Below, piece by piece: positions 9,868 to 20,054 of a DNA stretch of 61,066 bases; position 1 is the first letter of the stretch; each line of letters starts with the position of its first letter. A model generated the notes under the pieces. That model did no database searches, was not told where the DNA came from, and saw only the letters and a list, made by a program, of their open reading frames with translations. The translations under genes were made by a program, and so were the position numbers. Source of the DNA: an uncultured Gammaproteobacteria bacterium (GTDB lineage: Bacteria > Patescibacteriota > Patescibacteriia > UBA10025 > JAHIVO01); NCBI GenBank assembly GCA_964592105.1, contig CAZQBL010000017.1, positions 1 to 61,066 on the forward strand. The letters are read 5' to 3'.

Positions 9868-12800
9868 ATGATGATTGAGAATAATACTCCCACAGTTGAT
9901 TTTAAGGCCATCCGTCTCAAGCTGGCTTCCCCAGAAGAAATTCAGAGTTGGTCGCATGGGGAGGTTTTGAAGCCAGAGACTATTAATTACCGGACGCAAA
10001 AACCCGAGAAATCCGGACTTTTTGCCGAGGAAATTTTTGGTCCGACCAAGGACTGGGAGTGTTATTGCGGTAAATACAAGAAAGTGAGATACAAGGGCAT
10101 TGTTTGTGATAAATGCGGCGTGGAAGTGACGCGCAGTATTGTCAGACGTGAACGGCTGGGACATATTAAATTAGCCGCGCCAGTTTCGCATATCTGGTTT
10201 TTGCGCGGCGTGCCCTCCAAGATAGGTTTGGCCCTTGACCTATCTATTCAGGATTTGGAAAAAGTAATATATTTTGCTAATTTTATCATCACCAAGGTTG
10301 ACAGTGTTTTGCGCGATGAATCTTTGGCTCAAATTGACGCTGAATATCAATCTAAGAAAAAAAGCATTGAAGCGGAGTTCGCCAGGATCGCCAATGAAAT
10401 AAAACAGCGGCAAGTGGAACTTTTAGCTAATCAGAACGATGAAAAGAAAAGAGATGAAATTAAGCGGACTATCGAGGAGGAATTGACAGCAAACAGCGAA
10501 TCGCGAGACAAGAGGTTGAACGATCTTATGGAGGCGGTGGATTTGGCCAAAAAAGAGCTGAAGAACTTAAGGCCGATGCAGATAATCTCCGAACAAACTT
10601 ATCATGATTTATCTTTGAAATACGGCCACGTTTTCGAGGCAAACATCGGTGCCGAAGCCATCCGTCAGCTATTGGCAGAGATAAATCTTGATGACGAGAT
10701 AAAGAAATTGGAAGAGGATATATTAACTTCGCCGGAAAGTAAACAGCGAAGACTGGTACGCCGGCTGCGTTTATTTAAAAATTTTAAGATTAATAAAATC
10801 AGGCCAGAATGGATGGTTTTGACCGTTATTCCGGTTATTCCTCCTGATTTGCGACCCATGGTTCAGCTGGACGGCGGACGTTTTGCCGCCTCGGATTTAA
10901 ATGATTTATATCGCCGGGTCATTAATCGCAATAACCGCTTGAAACGACTGATTGAGCTGAATGCTCCGGAAGTTATCTGTCGTAATGAGAAGCGCATGCT
11001 ACAGGAAGCCGTGGACGCCTTGATTGATAACAACGCCCGTCACGGGAAAACTGTGACCGCTTCCACCGGCCAGAAGCGTATGCTCAAATCAATCGCCGAT
11101 ATTTTGAAAGGCAAGCAGGGCCGTTTCCGCCAAAACCTTTTAGGTAAGCGCGTGGACTACTCCGGACGATCGGTGATTGTAGTCGGTCCGCACCTGGCCA
11201 TGGATCAGTGTGGTCTGCCCAAACGCATGGCTTTAGAATTGTTCAAACCGTTCATCATCAGCCAGCTGATAAAAAGGGAATATGTTCACAATGTCCGTAG
11301 TGCCGGCAGATACATTGAAGCTGGCCACTCCGAGGTTTGGGATATTTTGGAAGAAATAACAAAAAACGCTCATGTTTTATTGAATCGCGCGCCTACTTTG
11401 CACCGTTTGGGCATTCAGGCTTTCCGGCCGGTATTGATAGAAGGTAAGGCTATTCAAATTCATCCTTTGGTTTGCCCGGCTTTTAATGCTGATTTTGACG
11501 GTGACCAAATGGCCGTTCATCTTCCTTTGACCGAGAATGCCAAAAAAGAAGCGGCTGAAATAATTGCTTCGGTTAAGAATCTTTTGAAACCGGCCACGGG
11601 TTCTCCGGTAATCACCCCCACGCAGGACATTGTTTTGGGTTGCTATTATTTGACATTGATGCGCGAAAAACCAACCGGATCACTTCGTGCTTTTTCAACT
11701 CCGGAAGAAGTTCTGACCGCTTTTCAGCTTGGTTATATTGCTATTCAGGATAAGATATTGGTAAGAATGCAAGGCAAAATTCTAGAGACGACAGCCGGGC
11801 GGATCATTTTTAACAGCGTTTTGTCAAATAAAAAGGCGGGGTTTATTAACGAGGTCGTGGATAAGAAGTCTTTATCAAAAATAGTTAGTAGCTATTTGGT
11901 AAAGTTTGGCAACGAGGAAACCGTGAAGTTATTGGATAGTATAAAGAAGATGTCGTTTCGATATCTGACCTACTCGGGTTTGAGCTGGGGCATGGGTGAT
12001 CTGGTTATCCCCAAAGATAAATATCAGATCATCAAGGCAGCAGAAAAACAGATCGACGAGATTACCTCTCATTTTGAGCAGGGTCTTTTAACCAACGAGG
12101 AAAGACACGCCAAAGTTATTGAGGTTTGGGCACAAGCTAAAGATAAAATCCAGAAAGCCAGTCGCGCCGCGCTGGATAAATACGGGCCGGTATTTTCCAT
12201 GATTGAGTCAGGGGCCCGTGGTTCTTGGGCCCAGACTACCCAGATGATGGGCATGAAGGGTTTAGTGACAAATCCAGCAGGTGATACTATTGAGTTGCCA
12301 GTCAAAGGTAGTTTCAAGGAAGGTTTTAATGTTTTGGAATATTTTATTTCTACCCACGGCGCCCGAAAGGGTTTGTCGGATACGGCCTTACGTACGGCAA
12401 ATGCCGGTTACTTGACCAGGCGTTTGGTGGATGTCTGTCAGGATATCATTGTCACTGAGCCGGATTGTCATGACACCGATGGTTTTTTTATCTCCCGGGC
12501 CGATAGTGAGCAAATGAACGAAGAATTTTCCGCGCGTCTGTTGGGTCGGGTGACGGTTGAGGATATCATTGACCCCAAAACCAAAAAAGTCTTGGTTAAA
12601 CACAATGAGTTAATTACCGAAGAAGTTTTGACGAAAATCGAATCGTCGGAGATTAATAAAGTACGCGTCCGTTCGGTGCTGTCCTGCAAGGCCCGTTGGG
12701 GCGTTTGTCAAAAGTGTTATGGTTATGATTTGGCTTTTAATAAATTGGTAAAGTTGGGCACGGCGGTGGGTATTATTGCCGCCCAAAGTATCGGTGAGCC

Positions 12801-13734
12801 AGGTACTCAGTTGACCATGCGTACTTTTCACACTGGTGGTGTGGCTGGTCAGGATATCACCCAAGGCTTGCCACGTGTCGAGGAGTTATTTGAGGCCCGA
12901 CCAGTTAGGCGACCGGCGGTAATTTCTAGTGTGACAGGTAAAGCAAGGGTGGTGGAGGAGACTAAAGGTGTTAAAAAAATTGTAATCACTTATCAGTCGT
13001 CGGAGGAACACGCTTATCCGTATAAAAAGAGTAAAAAAATTGAAATTAAGGTTAAGGAAGGCGATAAAGTCCAGGCCGGACAAACTCTTTTTACTGACAG
13101 CGGCACGGAAATAAAGTCAAAAACAGACGGGTATGTTAAATTAAAGACCGGACAGGTGTTGGTTGAGTCTGAAAAAGAGAAAAAACGCGAGTACATAATT
13201 CCGCCCGGTCAGATGATCTGGATAAAAGACGGGGACCTGGTTAACAAGGGCGACCAACTTACCGACGGCAGCTTGGATTTGCATCAATTATTTTATCTCA
13301 AGGGCCAAGAAGCGGTTCAACGATATATCATTAAGGAAATTCAGTATATCTATTCTTCCCAAGGTCAGAAGTTGAACGATAAACACATAGAAATCGTTGT
13401 CAAACAAATATTCTCCCGTATTTACGTGAAAGAACCTGGTGATTCTAATTTACTGTCCGGAGAAATCGTGGAAAAAACCAAGTTCATAGAGGTCAACGAG
13501 GAAATAAAGAAAAAAGGCGGTAAGCCGGCAGTGGGCGAGCAATTGCTTTTGGGCATCACCAAAGCATCTTTATCAATTGATAGCTTTTTGTCCGCGGCTT
13601 CTTTCCAAGAAACAGCCAGAGTTTTGATTGATGCGGCCGTCTCCGGCAAAGTGGATCACCTTCGTGGTTTAAAAGAAAATGTCATTATTGGTAAACTGAT
13701 TCCGGCTGGAACCGGTTTTCAAAAAAGCTATTAA
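9868..13734 (+). CDS. rpoC: DNA-directed RNA polymerase beta' subunit
   Basis: [12 protein letters not shown] catalytic motif, Zn-finger [18 protein letters not shown]. Confidence 0.99.
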   Translation: MMIENNTPTVDFKAIRLKLASPEEIQSWSHGEVLKPETINYRTQKPEKSGLFAEEIFGPTKDWECYCGKYKKVRYKGIVCDKCGVEVTRSIVRRERLGHIKLAAPVSHIWFLRGVPSKIGLALDLSIQDLEKVIYFANFIITKVDSVLRDESLAQIDAEYQSKKKSIEAEFARIANEIKQRQVELLANQNDEKKRDEIKRTIEEELTANSESRDKRLNDLMEAVDLAKKELKNLRPMQIISEQTYHDLSLKYGHVFEANIGAEAIRQLLAEINLDDEIKKLEEDILTSPESKQRRLVRRLRLFKNFKINKIRPEWMVLTVIPVIPPDLRPMVQLDGGRFAASDLNDLYRRVINRNNRLKRLIELNAPEVICRNEKRMLQEAVDALIDNNARHGKTVTASTGQKRMLKSIADILKGKQGRFRQNLLGKRVDYSGRSVIVVGPHLAMDQCGLPKRMALELFKPFIISQLIKREYVHNVRSAGRYIEAGHSEVWDILEEITKNAHVLLNRAPTLHRLGIQAFRPVLIEGKAIQIHPLVCPAFNADFDGDQMAVHLPLTENAKKEAAEIIASVKNLLKPATGSPVITPTQDIVLGCYYLTLMREKPTGSLRAFSTPEEVLTAFQLGYIAIQDKILVRMQGKILETTAGRIIFNSVLSNKKAGFINEVVDKKSLSKIVSSYLVKFGNEETVKLLDSIKKMSFRYLTYSGLSWGMGDLVIPKDKYQIIKAAEKQIDEITSHFEQGLLTNEERHAKVIEVWAQAKDKIQKASRAALDKYGPVFSMIESGARGSWAQTTQMMGMKGLVTNPAGDTIELPVKGSFKEGFNVLEYFISTHGARKGLSDTALRTANAGYLTRRLVDVCQDIIVTEPDCHDTDGFFISRADSEQMNEEFSARLLGRVTVEDIIDPKTKKVLVKHNELITEEVLTKIESSEINKVRVRSVLSCKARWGVCQKCYGYDLAFNKLVKLGTAVGIIAAQSIGEPGTQLTMRTFHTGGVAGQDITQGLPRVEELFEARPVRRPAVISSVTGKARVVEETKGVKKIVITYQSSEEHAYPYKKSKKIEIKVKEGDKVQAGQTLFTDSGTEIKSKTDGYVKLKTGQVLVESEKEKKREYIIPPGQMIWIKDGDLVNKGDQLTDGSLDLHQLFYLKGQEAVQRYIIKEIQYIYSSQGQKLNDKHIEIVVKQIFSRIYVKEPGDSNLLSGEIVEKTKFIEVNEEIKKKGGKPAVGEQLLLGITKASLSIDSFLSAASFQETARVLIDAAVSGKVDHLRGLKENVIIGKLIPAGTGFQKSY

Positions 13735-13762
13735 AGTAGACGATTTCATCAATTTTTTTAAC

Positions 13763-13794
13763 CTCCCCGATAAATAATCAACGGGGAGTATTTT
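13763..13794 (+). terminator. intrinsic terminator after rpoC
   Basis: CTCCCCG/CGGGGAG stem plus TATTTT. Confidence 0.6.
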
Positions 13795-13838
13795 GAATTG
13801 ATTTTCGCGGTAAAAAATGTTAGAATACAGAGGGATTT

Positions 13839-16187
13839 ATGCTTAAAAAGACACAAAAAGAATTTCTCAAAAAATATAAAAGGGAAGCCAAACACGAAAT
13901 GACCGTTGATCAGGCCGCCTCGTCGGTGAGTCCGCGTCTCAAGCCCGAGACCAAAAATGGCATTGCCATAGTGGCAATGGTGGCTTTGACCGTAATTATT
14001 GTTTTAGGGCTTTTTGGCTGGGCGGGAGTGGTTGGTCAGTGGATTGAAAAGGGACTGACTTATCTTTTTGGTTGGGGTCGTTACAGCGTGCCCATAATTT
14101 TCATAATAATAATTTATTTATTTTCCAAACCCGGTCAGTACACTTTTCAATTGATCAATTATATCGGACTGGCTTTTTTGGTTTTGAGCTATTCCGGGCT
14201 TTTACATTTAGCTTTCGTGCCTCTCGATCAGATCATGACGGCCATAAAAAACGGTCATGGCGGAGGCTATCTGGGTCTGGCGCTTTTCTATCCTCTGGTC
14301 AAAGCCATGGGCCCTTGGGCCGCCGGAGTTATTTTGTTTGCTTTGCTCATAATTTCGTTTTTGGTTCTGTTTGATGTGTCGCTAAAGCGGCTTTCTACCA
14401 GTGGCAATATTTTTCGGAGAATTGTCGAGCGTTTTAGGGAGTTTTTTTACAAACTTAAGGTTAATATGGCAGCCACGCCCAGTCAACCAACCGCTGAGTC
14501 GGAGTCTGAAGCTCTGTCGGTGGATTTCGGAACTAAACCAGTTATGACCCAGGTCAGACCAGCCGACCACGAAGTTGTCAAACAGGGTCCAGAACGAAAA
14601 CCACCCGGACAAATGGCTATTTTTCCCCAAGCCAAAAAGCCTAAGCGAAAAATAGACATTCCTTTGGACCTACTGGAAACAAGCCACACCAAACCGACTA
14701 GTGGTGACATCGAGAGTAATAAGGAAAAAATATTCAGGACGCTGAAAAATTTCGGTATTGAGGTGGAGATGGGCGAGACCAAAGTCGGACCGACCGTCAC
14801 CCAATTCACTCTCAAGCCCATGGAGGGGGTTAAGCTTTCCCAAATTACTACTTTGAACAATGATTTGGCGCTGGCCTTGGCCGCTCATCCTATCCGTATT
14901 GAAGCACCTATACCTGGTCAGTCGCTGGTGGGTATTGAAGTGCCGAATAGAGCAGTGGCAGTGGTGAAGCTTAAGGAAATTTTGTCCAGCGATGAATTTA
15001 AAAAAAGAAAATCCAATTTGACCATTGCTTTGGGTAAAGACGTGGCTGGTCATTCCTGGGTGGCCGATCTGGATCCTATGCCTCATCTGTTGATTGCCGG
15101 CGCGACCGGCTCAGGCAAATCGGTCTGTCTTAATTCGGTGTTACTCAGCCTTCTGTATCAGAATTCTCCGGATGAATTAAAATTGATCTTGGTTGATCCT
15201 AAGCGCGTGGAGATGTCAATTTACAATGGTATACCCCATCTTTTGACTCCGGTGGTCAATGAAATAGATAAAACTATAAATGCTTTGCGCTGGGTAGTGG
15301 CGGAAATGGACAGGCGTTATCAATTACTATCCAAAACCGGTCATCGCAACATCCAGGCTTATAACCGCGTGAACGGCAATGATATGCCTTATTTGGTGGT
15401 AGCCATTGATGAATTAGCCGACCTCATGTCAGTGGCTGCCAATGAAGTTGAAGCGGCTATCATCCGTCTGGCTCAAATGGCCAGGGCAGTGGGCATTCAT
15501 TTGATCTTGGCCACTCAGCGTCCATCTGTGGACATTATTACTGGTTTAATTAAGGCTAATATTACCACTAGAATCGCTTTTTCCGTGGCTTCGTCCGTAG
15601 ATTCACGGACAATTTTGGATACCTCCGGCGCGGAGAAATTGCTGGGACGCGGAGATATGCTTTACATTTCTCCGCAAATTTCTAAGCCCAAGAGAATTCA
15701 GGGCGCATTTGTTAACGACCAGGAAATTGAGCGGGTGACTGGCTTTTTGAAAAGTAAGGGCCAACCCGAGTATCGCGAGGAAGTCACAGAAAAAGTTATC
15801 GATCGGACTTTAGTGGGCGGTTTTGAGGACATGGGCGATGATGCCTTGATCGGTCAGGCTAAAGAATTGGTCATCAAATCTGGCAAGGCCTCGGCTTCAT
15901 TGTTGCAACGACGTTTGCGGGTAGGTTATGCCCGAGCCGCTCGTTTACTGGACATCTTGGAAGAGCAAGGGGTAATCGGTCCTGGTGATGGCGCCAAGCC
16001 CAGAGAAATTTTAGTTTCCGGTGGAAGTTACAATTTATCATCTGAAGATGCGCCCGGAGCAAAAGATGATTTTGGAGATGACAATGAAGAGACGACAGGA
16101 CCAGAAGCAGATGATGCGAACAAAGGCGGCGAAGAAGGCGAAGAAACTGATCAGTCCCAGGCAGACGAGGAAGGCGGGTCTGTATGA
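13839..16187 (+). CDS. ftsK: FtsK/SpoIIIE DNA translocase
   Basis: N-terminal 4TM domain, HLLIAGATGSGKS, ATQRPSVD, gamma domain LQRRLRVGYARAARL. Confidence 0.97.
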   Translation: MLKKTQKEFLKKYKREAKHEMTVDQAASSVSPRLKPETKNGIAIVAMVALTVIIVLGLFGWAGVVGQWIEKGLTYLFGWGRYSVPIIFIIIIYLFSKPGQYTFQLINYIGLAFLVLSYSGLLHLAFVPLDQIMTAIKNGHGGGYLGLALFYPLVKAMGPWAAGVILFALLIISFLVLFDVSLKRLSTSGNIFRRIVERFREFFYKLKVNMAATPSQPTAESESEALSVDFGTKPVMTQVRPADHEVVKQGPERKPPGQMAIFPQAKKPKRKIDIPLDLLETSHTKPTSGDIESNKEKIFRTLKNFGIEVEMGETKVGPTVTQFTLKPMEGVKLSQITTLNNDLALALAAHPIRIEAPIPGQSLVGIEVPNRAVAVVKLKEILSSDEFKKRKSNLTIALGKDVAGHSWVADLDPMPHLLIAGATGSGKSVCLNSVLLSLLYQNSPDELKLILVDPKRVEMSIYNGIPHLLTPVVNEIDKTINALRWVVAEMDRRYQLLSKTGHRNIQAYNRVNGNDMPYLVVAIDELADLMSVAANEVEAAIIRLAQMARAVGIHLILATQRPSVDIITGLIKANITTRIAFSVASSVDSRTILDTSGAEKLLGRGDMLYISPQISKPKRIQGAFVNDQEIERVTGFLKSKGQPEYREEVTEKVIDRTLVGGFEDMGDDALIGQAKELVIKSGKASASLLQRRLRVGYARAARLLDILEEQGVIGPGDGAKPREILVSGGSYNLSSEDAPGAKDDFGDDNEETTGPEADDANKGGEEGEETDQSQADEEGGSV

Positions 16188-16861
16188 TCGATTTTAATGT
16201 TAAACGTTTGATGCGGACCAAGACCCTGGGCGAGCGTCTGAAAAAAGTCCGGGAGGAAGCTGGCTTGTCTCTGGAGGAGGCAGAAATTGGCACCCAAGTC
16301 AGACTGAAGTACTTGGAGGCTATCGAGAATGGGCAATATTCGATTTTGCCCGGACCGGTCTACATTGAAAACTTTTTGAGAAAATACGCAGCCTGGCTGG
16401 GAGTCAGCGAGGAATTCGTTATCGATGTTTACCGCCATAAGGAGCAGAAGGTTTTAAAAAAAGAATACCAGCCTGGTTTTTCTCGGCGCCTTCCCAGCGT
16501 GCCTAAATCTATCATCACCCCCAAAATGGTGAGAGTGGGAGCTATCGCCCTGGCGGTGGTCATGTGTTTGGCCTACGTTGGTTGGGAAGTAGCCAAGATT
16601 TTTTCACCACCGAAACTTTATTTAACCTCACCCGCGGAGGATATTACTGTTCAGGATCAGTCAATTGATATCTCCGGCTCCACCCAGCCAGAAGTCACAC
16701 TGACTATCAACGGTCAGCAAGTCTATCTGGACGTTAGTGGGAATTTCAACGAGACTATAAGCCTGAAAGAGGGCTTGAACGAAATTGTGGTTACGGCCAG
16801 TAAAAAAAGGAGTCGCTCGACCACAGTTGTTAGGCATATACTTTATGAAAAAGTAAAATAA
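16184..16861 (+). CDS. RodZ-like helix-turn-helix membrane protein with C-terminal Ig-like domain
   Basis: LGERLKKVREEAGLSLEE..YLEAIENG..LPGPVY..FLRKYA HTH, one TM, beta-rich C-terminus. Confidence 0.85.
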   Translation: MIDFNVKRLMRTKTLGERLKKVREEAGLSLEEAEIGTQVRLKYLEAIENGQYSILPGPVYIENFLRKYAAWLGVSEEFVIDVYRHKEQKVLKKEYQPGFSRRLPSVPKSIITPKMVRVGAIALAVVMCLAYVGWEVAKIFSPPKLYLTSPAEDITVQDQSIDISGSTQPEVTLTINGQQVYLDVSGNFNETISLKEGLNEIVVTASKKRSRSTTVVRHILYEKVK

Positions 16862-16889
16862 ATAATTAATAATTTAACGGGAAATTTAT

Positions 16890-17930
16890 ATGGTTAAACA
16901 AATTGAAAAGAAAGATGAACAGAGTGGTCGTTCTCAGGCCGCTTTGGAAGCCGTGGCTCAGATAAAAGAGCGATTTGGCGAGGGATCAATCATGCGTCTC
17001 GGAGAAGCAAAAAAAATTAAAGTTGAGGTTGTACCTACTGGTTGTTTGTCTTTGGATGTGGCCTTGGGGGTTGGTGGTGTGCCACGTGGACGCATCATAG
17101 AAGTTTATGGGCCAGAGGCTTCCGGCAAAACCACACTGACTCTGCATATATTGGCTGAAGTTCAAAAAAAGGGAGGCATTGCTGCGTTTGTGGATGCCGA
17201 GCACGCGCTTGATCCAGAGTACGCCAAAAAGATCGGCGTCAAAGTTGATGATTTGTTAATTTCTCAGCCCGATACCGGCGAACAATCGCTGGAAATCGTA
17301 GAGACCTTAGTACGTTCAAACGGTGTGGACGTCATCGTGGTTGATTCAGTAGCTGCCTTAACACCCAAAGCGGAAATTGAGGGCGAAATGGGCGATCAAC
17401 ACATGGGCTTGCAGGCTAGGCTGATGAGTCAGGCTTTGCGGAAATTGGCGGCCATCGTCAGTAAGACCAAAACCGTCGTAGTTTTCATAAATCAAACTCG
17501 TATGAAAATCGGTGTGTTTTTTGGTAATCCGGAGACTACGACCGGCGGCATGGCTTTGAAATTTTATTCTTCAGTCAGGATCGAGGTGCGACGAGCCGCC
17601 CAGATAAAAAAAGGCGAGGAAGTAATAGGTAACCGGACCAAAGTCAAGATAGTCAAGAATAAAGTGGCACCTCCGTTTCGCACCTGTGAATTTGATATTA
17701 TGTATAATGAAGGGATTTCAATTTCTGGCGATACGATTGACACCGGCGTTTTATACAAAGTAGTGAATAAGGTTGGCAATACATTTTCCTTTGGCGAAAA
17801 CAAACTCGGCGTGGGCCGGGAGGCCGCCAAACAATATCTCAAGGAAAATCCTAAATTAATGGCTGAAATAAGAAATAAAGTGTTTGAAGTAGTGGAACGA
17901 GGCGAAACTCAGGCCGTGTTGACCAAGTAA
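16890..17930 (+). CDS. recA: recombinase A
   Basis: [26 protein letters not shown]. Confidence 0.99.
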   Translation: MVKQIEKKDEQSGRSQAALEAVAQIKERFGEGSIMRLGEAKKIKVEVVPTGCLSLDVALGVGGVPRGRIIEVYGPEASGKTTLTLHILAEVQKKGGIAAFVDAEHALDPEYAKKIGVKVDDLLISQPDTGEQSLEIVETLVRSNGVDVIVVDSVAALTPKAEIEGEMGDQHMGLQARLMSQALRKLAAIVSKTKTVVVFINQTRMKIGVFFGNPETTTGGMALKFYSSVRIEVRRAAQIKKGEEVIGNRTKVKIVKNKVAPPFRTCEFDIMYNEGISISGDTIDTGVLYKVVNKVGNTFSFGENKLGVGREAAKQYLKENPKLMAEIRNKVFEVVERGETQAVLTK

Positions 17931-17945
17931 AAAATTAATTACACC

Positions 17946-17977
17946 AAAAATCCTCCTTAAAAAGCGGAGGATTTTTT
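17946..17977 (+). terminator. intrinsic terminator after recA
   Basis: AAAATCCTCC/GGAGGATTTT stem plus T-run. Confidence 0.75.
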
Positions 17978-18085
17978 AAATAAAAGTGTTTTGTTTGTCA
18001 AGGGTTGCGCGGAAATTGGTGGTTGTGTTATTATTGTTTAATTAATAAAAATAATAAAAAGATCTTTGTCATAAAGGAGGTAATC

Positions 18086-19162
18086 GTGGCTAGCACGATA
18101 ATCAACATTGCCGTCGATGCCATGAGCGGAGATATGGCGCCGGAAGCGCCAGTCCGCGGAGCGCTTCGGGCTTTGAAGGAATTCCCGGATGATTTCACTA
18201 TTACACTGATCGGTGATGAATATAAAATTCAGAGCGAACTGCAGCGGGCCATCGTCGCCTTACGCTACAGACATGATAAAGTCCGCGTCCGAATACATCC
18301 GGCTGATCAGGTTATTACCATGGATGACAATCCTTTATCCGTTATTCGTACCAAGAAGCATTCTTCAATGCATGTCGGCGTAGATTTATTGAATCGCGGT
18401 CAAGCCCAGGCTTTTGTCAGTGCCGGCAATACCGGAGTTCTTTTCCTGGTGGCCAATCATTTCCTGGGAACCGTGGAAGGCATGCGCCATCCGGCCCTGG
18501 CCGCTGTTTTTCCGACAATCGGGCCGTGTCCGTGTGTGGTACTTGACGTGGGTGCCAACAAGATATGTTCGGCTGAGGATTTAATTGGTTTTGCCCTGGT
18601 CGGTGAATTGTATGCCAATTCGGTGTTGGGAATAACTCGACCTCGTGTCGGTATCATGAGCTTTGGCAAAGAAGAAGGTAAGGGCACTGAAGCCATTAAT
18701 ACTGCTTGTGCGCGTCTGGTTTCACTATTTGATCGGCTATCCTTGCCGTTTATAGGTCGGGTTGAGGGCGACAGCATTCTCTCGGGTACGGTCGAGGTTG
18801 TCGTCTGCGATGGGCTGGTGGGCAATGTTATTCTTAAATTTGCCGAGACAATTTTTCCCACGCTGAAACAAGGCATCAAGGAGAAGATCCGGAGAAGCCC
18901 TTTTGGGAGCAGAATTTTTGCCCTTATCGGTGGGGCGTTGTTAAAGCCGACTATGGCGGCTTTGAAACACGATTTCGATTACGAGGAGTACGGCGGGGCG
19001 CCGCTTTTGGGTATTAACGGTGTGGTCATAAAGGCTCACGGTAAGTCATCGCCTAAAGCCGTGGCTAATGCCATTTGGAATGCTCGGCAGGCCGTAGCTA
19101 ACAAGATAAACGCAAAATTGGTGGCCAGACTGGCTTTGTTACAAAATGGACTTAACGGCTAA
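18086..19162 (+). CDS. plsX: phosphate acyltransferase PlsX
   Basis: IAVDAMSGD.AP, VSAGNTG, LDVGAN, VVVCDGLVGNVILK, GGAPLLGING.VIKAHGKS; GTG start 6 nt after AAGGAGG. Confidence 0.95.
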   Translation: MASTIINIAVDAMSGDMAPEAPVRGALRALKEFPDDFTITLIGDEYKIQSELQRAIVALRYRHDKVRVRIHPADQVITMDDNPLSVIRTKKHSSMHVGVDLLNRGQAQAFVSAGNTGVLFLVANHFLGTVEGMRHPALAAVFPTIGPCPCVVLDVGANKICSAEDLIGFALVGELYANSVLGITRPRVGIMSFGKEEGKGTEAINTACARLVSLFDRLSLPFIGRVEGDSILSGTVEVVVCDGLVGNVILKFAETIFPTLKQGIKEKIRRSPFGSRIFALIGGALLKPTMAALKHDFDYEEYGGAPLLGINGVVIKAHGKSSPKAVANAIWNARQAVANKINAKLVARLALLQNGLNG

Positions 19163-19180
19163 GCTCATTGATTTATTACA

Positions 19181-19215
19181 AAAAGGCGCCGGTGATTTGG
19201 TTCACTGGCGTTTTT
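19181..19215 (+). terminator. intrinsic terminator after plsX
   Basis: AAAAGGCGCCGGTGA/TCACTGGCGTTTTT. Confidence 0.7.
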
Positions 19216-19221
19216 AATTTT

Positions 19222-19360
19222 ATGAGAAGGAAGCCAAACGCTTTCTTCTCATCACTTGTCCTTCCGTCAAGGCATGCCTCGCCTCGGGATCCTGTTCACT
19301 AACTGCTGTCAGTTATGTCGGGCGCGGTTTGAGATCCGCAGACCCAGCGTGATTCAGGAG
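19222..19360. repeat. dispersed structured repeat, copy 1 (related to 56073-56169)
   Basis: ATGAGAAGG...CTTCTCATCACT 5' hairpin and GATTCAG near the 3' end shared with the copy after groEL. Confidence 0.55.
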
Positions 19361-19388
19361 AAAAAACTAAACTGTATTTGATCTTTGT

Positions 19389-20054
19389 TTATAGATACTT
19401 GATTGTTTGTGGCTTGATAATAGAAAGATTTTCAACAGCTAGAGCGGTTGTTTTAAGATATTTTTTGGCCGTATACGGCTGTTTTAAAGCCAGACATTTC
19501 ATGCCCGCGTTATGGGCGGCCCGAATACCGCTGATGGAGTCCTCGATGACCAGGATATTTTCCGGTTTTTCCTTCAAGAGCTCGGCGACTCGCAGGAAAA
19601 TATCGGGGTGCGGTTTGCCGAGCCTGACATCATCGGCGGAGACGACATGTTTGAAATACTTTTTTAAATTGAACTGCTTTAGTACGTAGTTAATTACTTG
19701 GTGGGGCGAAGAGGAGGCTAGAACAAGGGGATAGCCGGCCTTGTGTAATTTTTTTATAAACGGTATGGTGCCAGCTACTAGTCGTAGATTGTGTTTGAAC
19801 AAATTAAAAAGTATGTCCAAGCGATCATTGAGTATCTTTTGATACGAGTCGGGGATGTGGAATTTTTTTTTCAAGATATCGGTAATGTATTTTTGTTTTC
19901 GGCCGCGAAAATGTTGATTGATAAACTCCAGTGATTTTTTGTTATAGACAAAATCGATGCCCTTGGTGTGGAGATACATGGACAACATTTTTTGCCAGAG
20001 AGGCTCGGAGTCCACGATGACCCCATCCATGTCGAAAATTACAGCTTTTATCAT
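19389..20054 (-). CDS. HAD-superfamily phosphatase (beta-phosphoglucomutase-like)
   Basis: IFDMDGVIVDSE, LASSS, GKPHPDIF, VIEDSISGIRAA. Confidence 0.93.
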   Translation of the reverse strand: MIKAVIFDMDGVIVDSEPLWQKMLSMYLHTKGIDFVYNKKSLEFINQHFRGRKQKYITDILKKKFHIPDSYQKILNDRLDILFNLFKHNLRLVAGTIPFIKKLHKAGYPLVLASSSPHQVINYVLKQFNLKKYFKHVVSADDVRLGKPHPDIFLRVAELLKEKPENILVIEDSISGIRAAHNAGMKCLALKQPYTAKKYLKTTALAVENLSIIKPQTIKYL

